The position numbers and the translations under genes were made by a program. 32,000 bases of DNA from Prevotella phage Lak-A1, in the sequence record MK250016.1, one strand, 5' to 3'. Below the pieces are notes generated by a model. It was not told the DNA's origin. It worked only from the letters and a program-made list of their open reading frames with translations, and ran no database searches. This document shows, piece by piece, positions 9,893-19,576 of this stretch (position 1 is its first letter; every line of letters begins with the position of its first letter).

Positions 9893-10849
9893 TCAGAATA
9901 ATGCATCACATTTATTCTCTTTTATCGGACACCAATTCTCGTTATAATTCCAATAACTATTTTCGTATATAGTATTGTTTTTAATAGCCATTTTTATAGC
10001 TAATTCTGTATATTGTTTAGTTTTCACACAAGCATGAATACTATTCCATATTTTTATTACTTTATAATCTTCATTAAACTAATATATTTTTCTTGTACAT
10101 TTTATTTTAGTTTTGTCTACATGTTCGAATTTATATACAGATGCTAATGTTTTACCACCACGATTATGCAATAATCGCTATATTGATGCGCTAGATATTT
10201 CATCTTTTAAATCATCATAACATTCCTTTAATGATTCATATTGTTTCATAAACACTCCATGCTTGTAATAGTTTATTTTTCTTAGATTCGCTTTTACTGC
10301 ATTTAAATTATCTCTATGAATTCCTTTTTGTTTTGATTCATAATGTGTACCTATATACAAATTATGTAGTTTCTATTTATGATTATTTGATACTTTATGT
10401 CCTGGTGTACCGTCACCACCTATAGTTATATTATAGCCTTTTTCTCTATCTACTGTATTATATTTTTTAATAAAAAATTGTTCTTTATCATTAAGTGTTT
10501 TTTTAATTAATCTTTTATTTTCTTTAGTATCTTCAAATAATTCACTTCTATATAAAACTTCATAATCAAAATTATCTTTTCCATATTTTGATATAGCCGC
10601 ATAAATAATAGGTGTATTAGTCTGTAACAATTCTTCTTTAGAAAATGTCTGTCCTTTATGAATTTTATCCAATTCAGACTACATACCTAAATGATTCTGA
10701 TAATCATTATTTAATATATCATCAGAATCATTGTCTGTATCAGATTCATCATTAGTCTAATCATTATTCTAATTTAATTCATCCTATTTCTATCTGATAC
10801 TTTCATCAAAATTATTTGACATATCTTCATTTAATGATATAATATCCAT
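9893..10849 (-). CDS. homing-endonuclease-like protein (GIY-YIG family C-terminal features plus NUMOD1-like domain), 318 aa with TAG read as Gln
   Basis: Merges ORFs 10373..10672 and 10178..10360 in frame. AAISKYGKDNFDYEVLY, YNITIGGDGTPGHK and the C-terminal KIYQFNEDYKVIKIWNSIHAC...NSYWNYNENW are typical of phage homing endonucleases. The canonical GIY-YIG catalytic segment is not visible. Confidence 0.7.
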
Positions 10850-10887
10850 ATATGTCTATATAAGTTTAACTATATAACTCTTCATAT

Positions 10888-11355
10888 TTAAAGGAATATT
10901 TTTACAATATCACATGCTAATCCTTCTCTATCTTCAACAGGAATATAATTATAAATGATATAATTAAACATTACACTTTTAGAATATTCTTTCTTTTTCT
11001 TACTCTTATACATCATCAAATCATAAACCTGATTTTCATTCAGATAATCATCAATAAGCCAATCAACAACATTATCTATATCATCTTTCTTAAGAAAAGT
11101 AACAATAATATCAAAATATGTTCCGTTCAACTCAATAGCTCTATTTGCAAATGAACTAAATCTCCCGAAATTCTTTTTCCTATAATCTTCAATAGATAAA
11201 GCTCCTTCACCTGTTAATATCCTACCTGCAACATATCTTCTAATAGCCTTACTGGAATCTTTAATAAGCTTGCACATCGTTGAACCATCATCATTGGTAT
11301 CGATAAGTTTCTGAACCCTCTTAAAATCCTTATTCTCAACTTCTGTATAAACCAT
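10888..11355 (-). CDS. hypothetical protein (155 aa)
   Basis: Long ORF with ATG start, immediately upstream of the endonuclease-like gene. Confidence 0.75.
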   Translation of the reverse strand: MVYTEVENKDFKRVQKLIDTNDDGSTMCKLIKDSSKAIRRYVAGRILTGEGALSIEDYRKKNFGRFSSFANRAIELNGTYFDIIVTFLKKDDIDNVVDWLIDDYLNENQVYDLMMYKSKKKKEYSKSVMFNYIIYNYIPVEDREGLACDIVKIFL

Positions 11356-11506
11356 AATTATAAAATCTTTATTAGTTAAACAAAAATTAGCATATGAAAA
11401 TTCATATTATTTATTAATAGAATTTTATATGTCTAATATATCATTATTTTATATAATATAATAATTAAAAAGTCAATATATAAATAAAGAAAATAATATT
11501 TCATAT

Positions 11507-11686
11507 ATGATAAAGAAATATCCTACAGAATTTTGCTTAAAATATTTAGTACCACATAATATACGAAGAGATAATATTAAATATACTGTTCAAGATAGAA
11601 AATATCTACACATGTTATTAAATAAAATGAATAATAAAAAAGGTTGAATATTATATGTAATATTCAACCTTCATATATATTATAAC
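11507..11686 (+). CDS. possible small ORF (59 aa)
   Basis: MIKKYPTEFCLKYLVPHNIRRDNIKYTVQDRKYLHMLLNKMNNKK...; its 3' end runs into the terminator hairpin. Confidence 0.3.
11641..11672 (+). terminator. intrinsic terminator serving the minus-strand methyltransferase
   Basis: AAGGTTGAATATTA/TAATATTCAACCTT hairpin, 14-bp stem, at the convergent end. Confidence 0.75.
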
Positions 11687-13584
11687 TTCTCTATAATTTT
11701 ATCTCTCTCTTCTTTCGTTATTATAATAACAAATTCCTTATTAGAACCAAAATGAGATCTGTTTGTCAATGTTTCTTTAATATATGGAACATATTTAGTA
11801 ATCAAATCATCAGTCACAAATAAATATTTCTCACAATCATAATTCTTCAAACAAATATCTATCCAACCATCACAATCCCTATTAACAGACTCAACACCAG
11901 GCCAATTCTCAATATTCCCATATGGTGAACATGTCAATAAACACTGATACTTACCTGTATTCGTACAACAATCAGCAATATCTAAATCACATGTAACATT
12001 ACATAATAAATCAGAATCAATAACAGGTTTCAAGAATTCATATATTTCTTTACTTTCCTTCACACTCGATTCACATAAATCCCGACCTATATATGATTTA
12101 CAACATGCCAATGTTCCTATCATTCTACCGCTATATCCAGAAAACGGATCAAATATTGTATCAAACTCATTAAGATATTTCTTTATAAGATATTTTGCAA
12201 GATCAGGTTTAAAATAAGTAACAGTCTGAAACATCCTTGATGCATTCAATCCTATTCCATAAATAAAATCAGGAACATAACATTCATCAATAAAATGTTT
12301 CCTTCCTTCTGATTTATACCAATCTGCAAACTTCAATCTGTTAACAAGAAGTTTCCTAAATAATTCCTTATCTGACTTGATTTTATTCCATCCTTCATAT
12401 GGTGATATACTGTTATCAATATGTGCATATATAATAGACTTATGAAACTTCTTTATAATTTTAGAAGGTGTTCGCAAATCTCTATCCTTTGATTTAATAT
12501 ATTCAAATTCTTTAATACATTCTTCATCAGTAACAGGATGTACAGTAGAAGGTGGAAAATATATATCCTGAATCTTTTCAAACTCTCTGTCTAAATACTT
12601 ATCAACAACTTCATTACAATGTGCTGTCGTGCAATTCGCGCTCTTACATAAATTATCTTCTGTCTCTTCTTCACCGTTTACAATAACCGGTTTATATTTA
12701 GGTTTACTTAATAAGTCAGAAATATTAGTATATTTGTTAACCGATTTCTCTTTCTCTTTCTTATTTTCTTCAGATTTATCTTCTTTTTTAACCTCTTTAT
12801 GTTTAGTCTCTTTAACTTTCTTTTGTTCTTTAACTGGAAATACTTCTTGAATACTGGTTTCTACTAAATCCTGTTTTTCAATGATTTCATTTATATTATC
12901 ATCAACAGTATATTTAACTAACAAAACAGGTTTATATTTAAAACGCGGTGCTTTACTGGCACAACTTGTAGAACAATATTTCGTATACAATTTTGTATTC
13001 TTTCCAATCCAAATAACAGGTTTTCCGCAAACAGGACATTTAGGTTTCTCATAAACACCTTTCCTTATTCGCTGAACAGTCTCAAGAATAGAAGATGAAT
13101 CATCAAATCTATTATTCAAATAATCTAATATAATAGGATTATCTATAAGTTCAACATACTTGTCATATATAATATGATTAATAACAACATAATCATTCAT
13201 ATATTCAGAATTATCTATAGACTTCTGCCATTCCTTAAATCTATCATCTCGATGTTCTGCAATTTTAAAACTGTCTTTATATTGTTCTCTACATAATGAA
13301 TTATACTTTGACTTACATATAGATGAATCACATGTTTCTTTATAACCGTTTCCTATTCTTCCACTCCATCTTGCTTTTTTACCACAAAACTTACATGTTA
13401 CAACAGAATGCAAATCATGAATAACATAATATAACCTCTCTAATATATCTTCATGATGTGTTAAAAAATCCGTGAAATCATAAACTTCTTTATTTACATC
13501 TTCATTATTTTTAACTATATAAATTAACTGTCTTAAACTTATTTCTTTATTATTATATTGTTTTAAATAATCATTTAATTGCAT
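11680..13584 (-). CDS. DNA methyltransferase with N-terminal zinc-finger-like motifs (634 aa)
   Basis: Motif I-like DPFSGYSGRMIG and motif IV-like LLTCSPYGNIENW. Two Cys clusters: CKFCGKKARW...CDSSICKS and CPVCGKPVIW...CSTSCASK. Confidence 0.78.
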   Translation of the reverse strand: MQLNDYLKQYNNKEISLRQLIYIVKNNEDVNKEVYDFTDFLTHHEDILERLYYVIHDLHSVVTCKFCGKKARWSGRIGNGYKETCDSSICKSKYNSLCREQYKDSFKIAEHRDDRFKEWQKSIDNSEYMNDYVVINHIIYDKYVELIDNPIILDYLNNRFDDSSSILETVQRIRKGVYEKPKCPVCGKPVIWIGKNTKLYTKYCSTSCASKAPRFKYKPVLLVKYTVDDNINEIIEKQDLVETSIQEVFPVKEQKKVKETKHKEVKKEDKSEENKKEKEKSVNKYTNISDLLSKPKYKPVIVNGEEETEDNLCKSANCTTAHCNEVVDKYLDREFEKIQDIYFPPSTVHPVTDEECIKEFEYIKSKDRDLRTPSKIIKKFHKSIIYAHIDNSISPYEGWNKIKSDKELFRKLLVNRLKFADWYKSEGRKHFIDECYVPDFIYGIGLNASRMFQTVTYFKPDLAKYLIKKYLNEFDTIFDPFSGYSGRMIGTLACCKSYIGRDLCESSVKESKEIYEFLKPVIDSDLLCNVTCDLDIADCCTNTGKYQCLLTCSPYGNIENWPGVESVNRDCDGWIDICLKNYDCEKYLFVTDDLITKYVPYIKETLTNRSHFGSNKEFVIIITKEERDKIIEKL

Positions 13585-13751
13585 AATAATACTTTATTAT
13601 TTCTAATAATATTTATATGTTAAAAAAACTCATTTGTTTTATAATGTTAATGGATTTGTTTTCAAAGACTTTCATATTAAACATATATATAATAAATAAG
13701 ATGTAATCTTTATAATTTAGATATATATTATAAATTAAATAATTTAGACAA

Positions 13752-14357
13752 ATGAAATATGTAAGTGCAAAAGAAGCAAAGAAATATTTTTAGATTTCAG
13801 GTTAGACATTGAAGGTATGGAAAGATACTAATAAAATTTTAACTAAACAATTTTCATAGAAAAAAATTTTATATGATATTGATTCAGTAAATAATGATAA
13901 TAATATTACAAATACCAGGAAGAATGTAATATATGCAAGAGTTTCATGTAGTAATTAGAAATAGTCATTAGATAATTAGATTGAATTAATTAAATCATAT
14001 ATGATTTCTAATGGTATTAAAGTAGATGATATATATTCAGAAATATCATCAGGTTTAAATGAAGATAGAAAAGAATTAGCTAGATTAATTCATGATATAG
14101 ATAATGAATAGATTAATAAAGTGTATATATCATTTAAAGATAGATTAACACGATTTGGATTTAATTATTTTAAAACCATGTTTGAAAATCATGGTACAGA
14201 AATTATTGTATTAGATGATAATGAAGATACAAATAAAGACTATAAAACAGAATTAGTTGAAGATTTAATTTCTATTATACACAATTATTATACTAAATTA
14301 TATTCTAATAGAAGAAAAGAATTAAAAGAAATAGAAAAAATTTTAAAAAATGAGTAA
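13752..14357 (+). CDS. tnpA: IS607-type serine recombinase TnpA, 201 aa with TAG read as Gln
   Basis: MKYVSAKEAKKYFQISGQTLKVWKD (MerR-like HTH), then VIYARVSCSNQKQSLDNQIELIKSY (serine-recombinase catalytic motif) and SSGLNEDRKELARLI. Seven in-frame TAG codons. The ORF track shows only the last 78 aa. Confidence 0.9.
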
Positions 14358-14408
14358 TTTTTTAAAATAATTTAGATAAATATTATAAAGATTACAAAAG
14401 TTACAAAA

Positions 14409-15758
14409 ATGCAAGTATTGAAGATTAAATATCAAACAGATAAAGAATCATTAGATATTATACGGAATTATATGAGACAATATAGTTCTGTATAGCATTT
14501 TGTATATAATAGGATATAGGAAGGTAAATTATAGAAAGATATAAAACAATAGATTAAGTTATTAAATAATGTAGATTTATTAGATAGTTGGTTTGTTTAG
14601 TGTAGTTTTTATAATATACCTAAAGTTGATAAAGTAATATTTGGTGGAAAGAAGAATTATTTTTAGAGATTAAAAAATAATATATCTAAAGAACAGTTTA
14701 AATAGAAACGTTTATCCCCTATATATTCAATAGGTGAAGTTATAAACAAATCTGTTAAAGGAAATAGAAAATTTCATATAGAACAAGACTTAGAAAATAT
14801 TATCTTTAAACCTAATAAATTAACTAAAATAAATTTACAACTTATTGGTTTAAATAAACGAAAGTAGATGTTATCTAAATTATATTAGAAACAAGAAAGA
14901 AAAGAAATAAAAATAGCTTATAAATTAGATTTAGAATATATCTATATAATATTTGAAGAAACTGATATTTATAATTATGAAACAAAATTTATAAAAAATA
15001 GAGTTCTTGCATTAGATTTAAATCCAAATTATATTGGATGGTCTATAGTTGATTGGAAATCTGAGAGTGAATTTGATGTTATTAAATCAGGTGTTTATTC
15101 AATTAAAAAATTGAATGACATAGATTTTGGTTTAAAAAATAAAGGATATAGTTCAGAATCTAATGAAAGAAAATATATTTCTGTTAAAAGAAATTATGAG
15201 ACTTTACAAATTGTAAAGAATATAGTGAATAAATCTATATATTACAAATGTCAGATTATATCTATTGAAGATTTAAATATTAAATCAAGTGATAAAGAAT
15301 TAGGTAAACGATTTAATAAGTTAGTAAATAATTCATGGTGTAGAAATGCATTTGTGAATAATTTAACTAAAAGATGTAATATTCATAATATTAAATTATT
15401 GAAAGTGAAACCTGAATATTCTAGTTTTATAGGAAATTTCTTATATAGAAGTTTAAATTTACCGGATATGATATTAGCTTCAATAGAAATAGGAAGACGC
15501 GGATATGAGTTTTATAATCAATATATAAGTAAAGTAAAAGAAATTAAAAAGAATATAGTAAGACCGAATTTAAGTATATTTCAAAAGTTGTATCTTAAGT
15601 CGTTGGAAGAATTTAATTTACAGCCGATATACAAGGATTTGATTGAATTATATTACTTCTTCAAAAAGTCGAAACTTAAATATCGACTTTCTATAGATTC
15701 ATTCAATCTATAGTTTTCTAGCTTTTATTCGAATACAAGTTTAATTGTATTTATATAA
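14409..15758 (+). CDS. tnpB: TnpB-like RuvC nuclease (IS607-associated), about 449 aa with TAG read as Gln
   Basis: Starts MQVLKIKYQTDKESLDIIRNYMRQYSSVQHFVYNRIQ. RuvC-I LALDLNPNYIGWSIVDW, RuvC-II IISIEDLNIK, RuvC-III-like LPDMILASIEIGRRGYEF. Multiple TAGs at plausible Gln positions. Terminal TAG at 15711, then TAA at 15756..15758. Confidence 0.82.
15665..15713 (+). ncRNA. paired hairpins at the 3' end of tnpB; candidate part of an omegaRNA/reRNA or processing structure
   Basis: AAAGTCGA...TCGACTTT (15665-15672/15683-15690) directly followed by CTATAGATT-CATTC-AATCTATAG (15691-15699/15705-15713), both perfect. Confidence 0.4.
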
Positions 15759-15774
15759 ATTATAATGTTTATAA

Positions 15775-16800
15775 TTTATTATAATAAAAGTATTTAATAA
15801 ATGTGGACATATAAATGAAATTACAAGACAAGCAATAAACTATTACTATAGGAATAGTAATCATATATATTGTAATAAGTGTGAATATAAAGAATTAACA
15901 TATAGGAGTAATTTTGAAAAAGATGTTGTTAAAGAAATAGGAAATATTATAAAAGAAACTAACTATTCTATTATAACAAATAAACATATTTATAATGGTA
16001 AAGAACATTTTGAAGTTGATATATTAATTCCTGAATTAAATTTAGCAATAGACTGTAATGGATTATATTGGCATTCTGAATTACAGAAAGAAGATAATTT
16101 TTATCATTATAAGAAGAAAGAATTTATTGAAAATTGTGGTTATTCTTTGATTTATATATGGGAAGATGATTGGAATGATATTTATAAGAAAGACATTATA
16201 TTAAGCCGTTTATCTAGTAAATTAAAATTAAATAAACATATATATGCAAGAAAATGTTTAATTAAAGAATTGACTCCTAAATTATATAGGGATTTCTGTA
16301 ATGAAAATCATTTACATGGATCTGTTAATGCTTCAATAAAAGTAGGATTATTTTTTAATGATGAGTTAGTTGAAGTAATAGGTTTAGGTAAATCTCGTAA
16401 ATTAATAGGTAATAATAAAGAAGAAGTTTCATATGAATTATTACGTTTATGTACAAAGAAATATATTAACGTTATAGGTGGTTTTTCTAAATTAATGAAT
16501 TATGTTATTAATAAGTTTAATATAAATTTAATATATAGTTATGCAGATTTATCATGGATAGATTTAAAAGGAACATCATACATTAATAGTGGATTTTATA
16601 TAGATAAAGTTATTGATAATGAATATTGGTGGGTTGTAAACAATATACGAGAGAATCGATTGAATTATACAAAGAGTAAATTGGTATCATTAGGGTATGA
16701 TAAGCATTTAACAGAAATTGAAATAATGCATTCTTTAAAGTATTATAGAATATTTGGTCCTGGAAATTTAAAATTTATATATAAAAAGAAAAGTCTCTAA
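15775..16800 (+). CDS. Vsr/PD-(D/E)XK-like mobile (homing) endonuclease, no ATG/GTG/TTG visible upstream of the conserved region; possibly 5'-truncated
   Basis: The open frame is longer than the track's 16147..16800. It includes the zinc-knuckle FNKCGH...IYCNKCEYKELTYRSNFEKDV and HFEVDILIPELNLAIDCNGLYWHSELQKE...LIYIWEDDW, then the C-terminal domain ARKCLIKELTPKLYRDFCNENHLHGSVNAS typical of phage homing endonucleases. Confidence 0.72.
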   Translation, partial: FIIIKVFNKCGHINEITRQAINYYYRNSNHIYCNKCEYKELTYRSNFEKDVVKEIGNIIKETNYSIITNKHIYNGKEHFEVDILIPELNLAIDCNGLYWHSELQKEDNFYHYKKKEFIENCGYSLIYIWEDDWNDIYKKDIILSRLSSKLKLNKHIYARKCLIKELTPKLYRDFCNENHLHGSVNASIKVGLFFNDELVEVIGLGKSRKLIGNNKEEVSYELLRLCTKKYINVIGGFSKLMNYVINKFNINLIYSYADLSWIDLKGTSYINSGFYIDKVIDNEYWWVVNNIRENRLNYTKSKLVSLGYDKHLTEIEIMHSLKYYRIFGPGNLKFIYKKKSL

Positions 16801-16820
16801 GAAATAAATCTTAGAGACTT
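16791..16820 (+). terminator. bidirectional terminator between the endonuclease and MCP genes
   Basis: AAGTCTCTAAG/CTTAGAGACTT, 11-bp perfect stem at a convergent junction. Confidence 0.8.
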
Positions 16821-16849
16821 TATTATATAATATTGTTTTGATAAAATTA

Positions 16850-18838
16850 TCAAAGTCCAGCAACGTCAACACAGAATGTAATATACTGAGTTTCAGGATA
16901 GAAACCTGCGTCAACAAGAGCATATCTTGATTTTATCATCAACTTAGGGGACATTGTACCCTCTGCGATAATCTGTACAGACTCAGCCATTACGTATGGA
17001 CAGAAATGAACACCTGGCTCATCTTTACCACCCTTACGACCAACAAGTACACGGTTATCAGAACCACCCATGAGAGGATCTACATAGATTGTTAAACCGA
17101 ACATTCCACCGATAGGATAAAGTGAACCACCATTCTGTGAAATTGTGTTAGCAACAGGAGAGAATGTATAGTTAGCATTGCTCTGAAGAAGAGTTGCAAT
17201 TGTAATGTTAGTTACTGCGAATGTAGCTGCACCATAACGACCTCTCTGAAGAATCCAGTTAGAAGCTGCAAGGAAGTTAACTGCTAATCTCTTAAGAAGA
17301 GTATCACGGTTTTCGAAAGCAGCACCAGAAGGAATATACATTGGTTTGTAAGGAAGTGCAACGTTTACATAGCTCTTATAAGCAACACCAGTAGGATCAT
17401 TCTGTTCTGACTGAGGAATTGCAAGAGCAGGAGTCATACGAACACCAGAAGTTGCAGTATAAGATGGGTCAAAACTCAAGTTCAAGTTAGCTGCAGGACC
17501 TTCAACCTCAACGAGCTTGTAGTGGTTCTTCCAACCAAGAGCGAACAAACGAGATGTGATATGACGGTTAATAGTTGCAGAAAGCTCATTGATACCAGCA
17601 TTTTCTACCATCTTAATAACATCAATACCCCACTGTTTCTGAAGGTCTGTTACCTGTTCCTGAGTTACAGCGCAACCAACCATGATTGTACCAACCTATA
17701 CATGCTTTGTAAACAACTGAAGTGAAAGTTGACGAGCCATTGTCTGCTCACCAGTACCACGACTCATTGGTTCATAAAGTGTAGTACCATCCTGATATGT
17801 ACCATACCATGCATCACGATCACGTTCACCAGCACCAGTGAATCCCTGGATCTGATCCTCAAGCATTGAGATAAGACGAGGAGCGTGAAGTGTAAGAACT
17901 ACATTTACTTCTTCAGCAGAACCTACAGGAGTATAAACTGCTTCAAAATCAAGTGCACCACCGTTGAAATATGCACCGAGTGACTGTGAACCAGAAACAA
18001 CCTTGAACATAGGATCACCATCAATACGAGACCAACCAACGAACTCAACAACAAGTTTGGCTGCATTATGAGCATCATCATCAAGTGCATCCATCTTTGA
18101 TACAAGAGTTGTACCAGCAGGCATTGCAGAAGCACCCTTTAACATACGCTTAATCTGTGCAGGAGAAAGCTTAACAGCAGCAGATGAATCAGTTGTAGAA
18201 CCATCAACAATTGTAGCCTCGCCAGGAGCGATAGAAGCCTTGAATGCATGAGGAAGACCATACATCTCAAAAGGAGCATTTGACTGTGAATTTGCCATAG
18301 GATTCTGAGTTTTAGCAGAATATGCAGGTGTAGCACCAAATGGCTGCTTTGAACCAGAATATACATAATCCATATAAGGAAGAACACCAGTAGGACCATC
18401 AAGTGGAGTTGTATTTACAAGTTCGAAACCGATAGTCTTAGCAGCAACCTTAAGAGCAAGAGGTAACAAAGTAGGATACTTATCACCAGAACCAAGGTTC
18501 TTATTATCTGCGTAGTCAGCACCAGTTAAAGCAGGTTTGCCAGCAGGAACTGGATCACCAACACCAAGTGTGTTATAAAGGTTATTATATGGTTGATATG
18601 TTCCACCGAACTGTGAATATGCATTAGATGGCATTACAAATGCATCCTCATTCAACTTAGCTGTATTATGTGCAAGCTGAGACATCCAAGCAAGTTTATC
18701 AGCATCTTCAACACCTGTAATCTTCTTAATAGTAGGTGCCCATGATTCGTAGATAGCTTTGTCGCTATTCTTAGCAGTTGCACGATTTACATATGATTCG
18801 TAAGCCTATGCAACAGACTTATTACTTTTGATTTTCAT
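16850..18838 (-). CDS. major capsid protein, T4 gp23-like (662 aa with two TAG codons read as Gln)
   Basis: Joins 16850..17683 and 17696..18685 in one frame (TAG 17693..17695) and extends N-terminally through TAG 18806..18808. GAGERDRDAWYGTY, DPLMGGSDNRVLVGRKGG and FCPYVMAESVQ resemble gp23-type capsid proteins. Confidence 0.92.
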
Positions 18839-19244
18839 ATTAAAATTTTGTTTATTAATTTTTTGTTAAATTTTATATTGAATTTCTTAAAATATTTATC
18901 TAAGTTATTTTTATAAAAAATTTGATTTAAAAACTTATGTTTAAATATTTATTCAATATAATAAAGGTAAATATTTGAATTTACCAGTGTAATTGTTAAC
19001 TCAGATTACTAAATCAAATTATTTACATAACGAAATCACTATATTAAACGTTTGATTTCCATATAATTACACTTTTTTATTTATAAGTATATCTTATTAA
19101 AATCTAGTCTTTAAATATAACCATTTTAATTTATTATGGTTAATTCAGTAGAATTAATTACAATAATTAATTTATTAAGTATTCTGTTGTATATATGTTA
19201 TTTATCTAATTATTTATCTATATTAAAATAATTAAAAAAGAAAT

Positions 19245-19520
19245 TTACTTAGAAATTGTATCGTTTTTTGCAAATGATCTATCTTGTTGAACTTTCATAT
19301 AAGCATCATAAAAACTAATAGTATCGCTTGCAAATTTAGTATTTAGTTTTTCATGTATATCTTTTACTTCTACACGAATATCTTCTATTGATTCTCGCAT
19401 AGCAGGTTTAGTTACACAAATATCCCATATAATAGAACCAATCACGAATAAAATTATCAATATAGAACCTATGCAACTAAATGAATTATAACATTTTTGT
19501 GTCTAATTAGTATCAATCAT
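19245..19520 (-). CDS. small membrane-anchored protein (91 aa with TAG read as Gln)
   Basis: Extension of 19245..19460 to ATG at 19520 (MIDTNQTQKCYNSFSCIGSILIILFVIG...); one TM segment then a coiled coil. Confidence 0.55.
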
Positions 19521-19576
19521 TTTTCATTAAAGAGATTTAATTTTAATTTATTATTTCCACTGTATTAACTCTTTAA

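Larger units (their letters stand above)
13752..15758 (+). mobile_element. IS607-family element (tnpA + tnpB); boundaries not determined, span given is that of the two genes
   Basis: Adjacent serine recombinase and TnpB-like genes on the same strand, both needing TAG read as sense. IS607 elements lack obvious terminal inverted repeats, so the ends were not called. Confidence 0.8.

Noticed and set aside
17684-17695. Two separate capsid genes at 16850..17683 and 17696..18685
   Set aside because: They are the two halves of a gp23-like protein in one frame, split only by TAG.
17923-18402. Minus-strand ORFs inside the MCP region (17923..18135, 18139..18402)
   Set aside because: Low-quality Leu-rich alternative frames overlapping the well-supported MCP.
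16850-18838. Intron or intein in the capsid gene linked to the neighbouring homing endonucleases
   Set aside because: The MCP frame is continuous through its conserved regions with no insertion or splice-like signatures. The endonuclease is free-standing.
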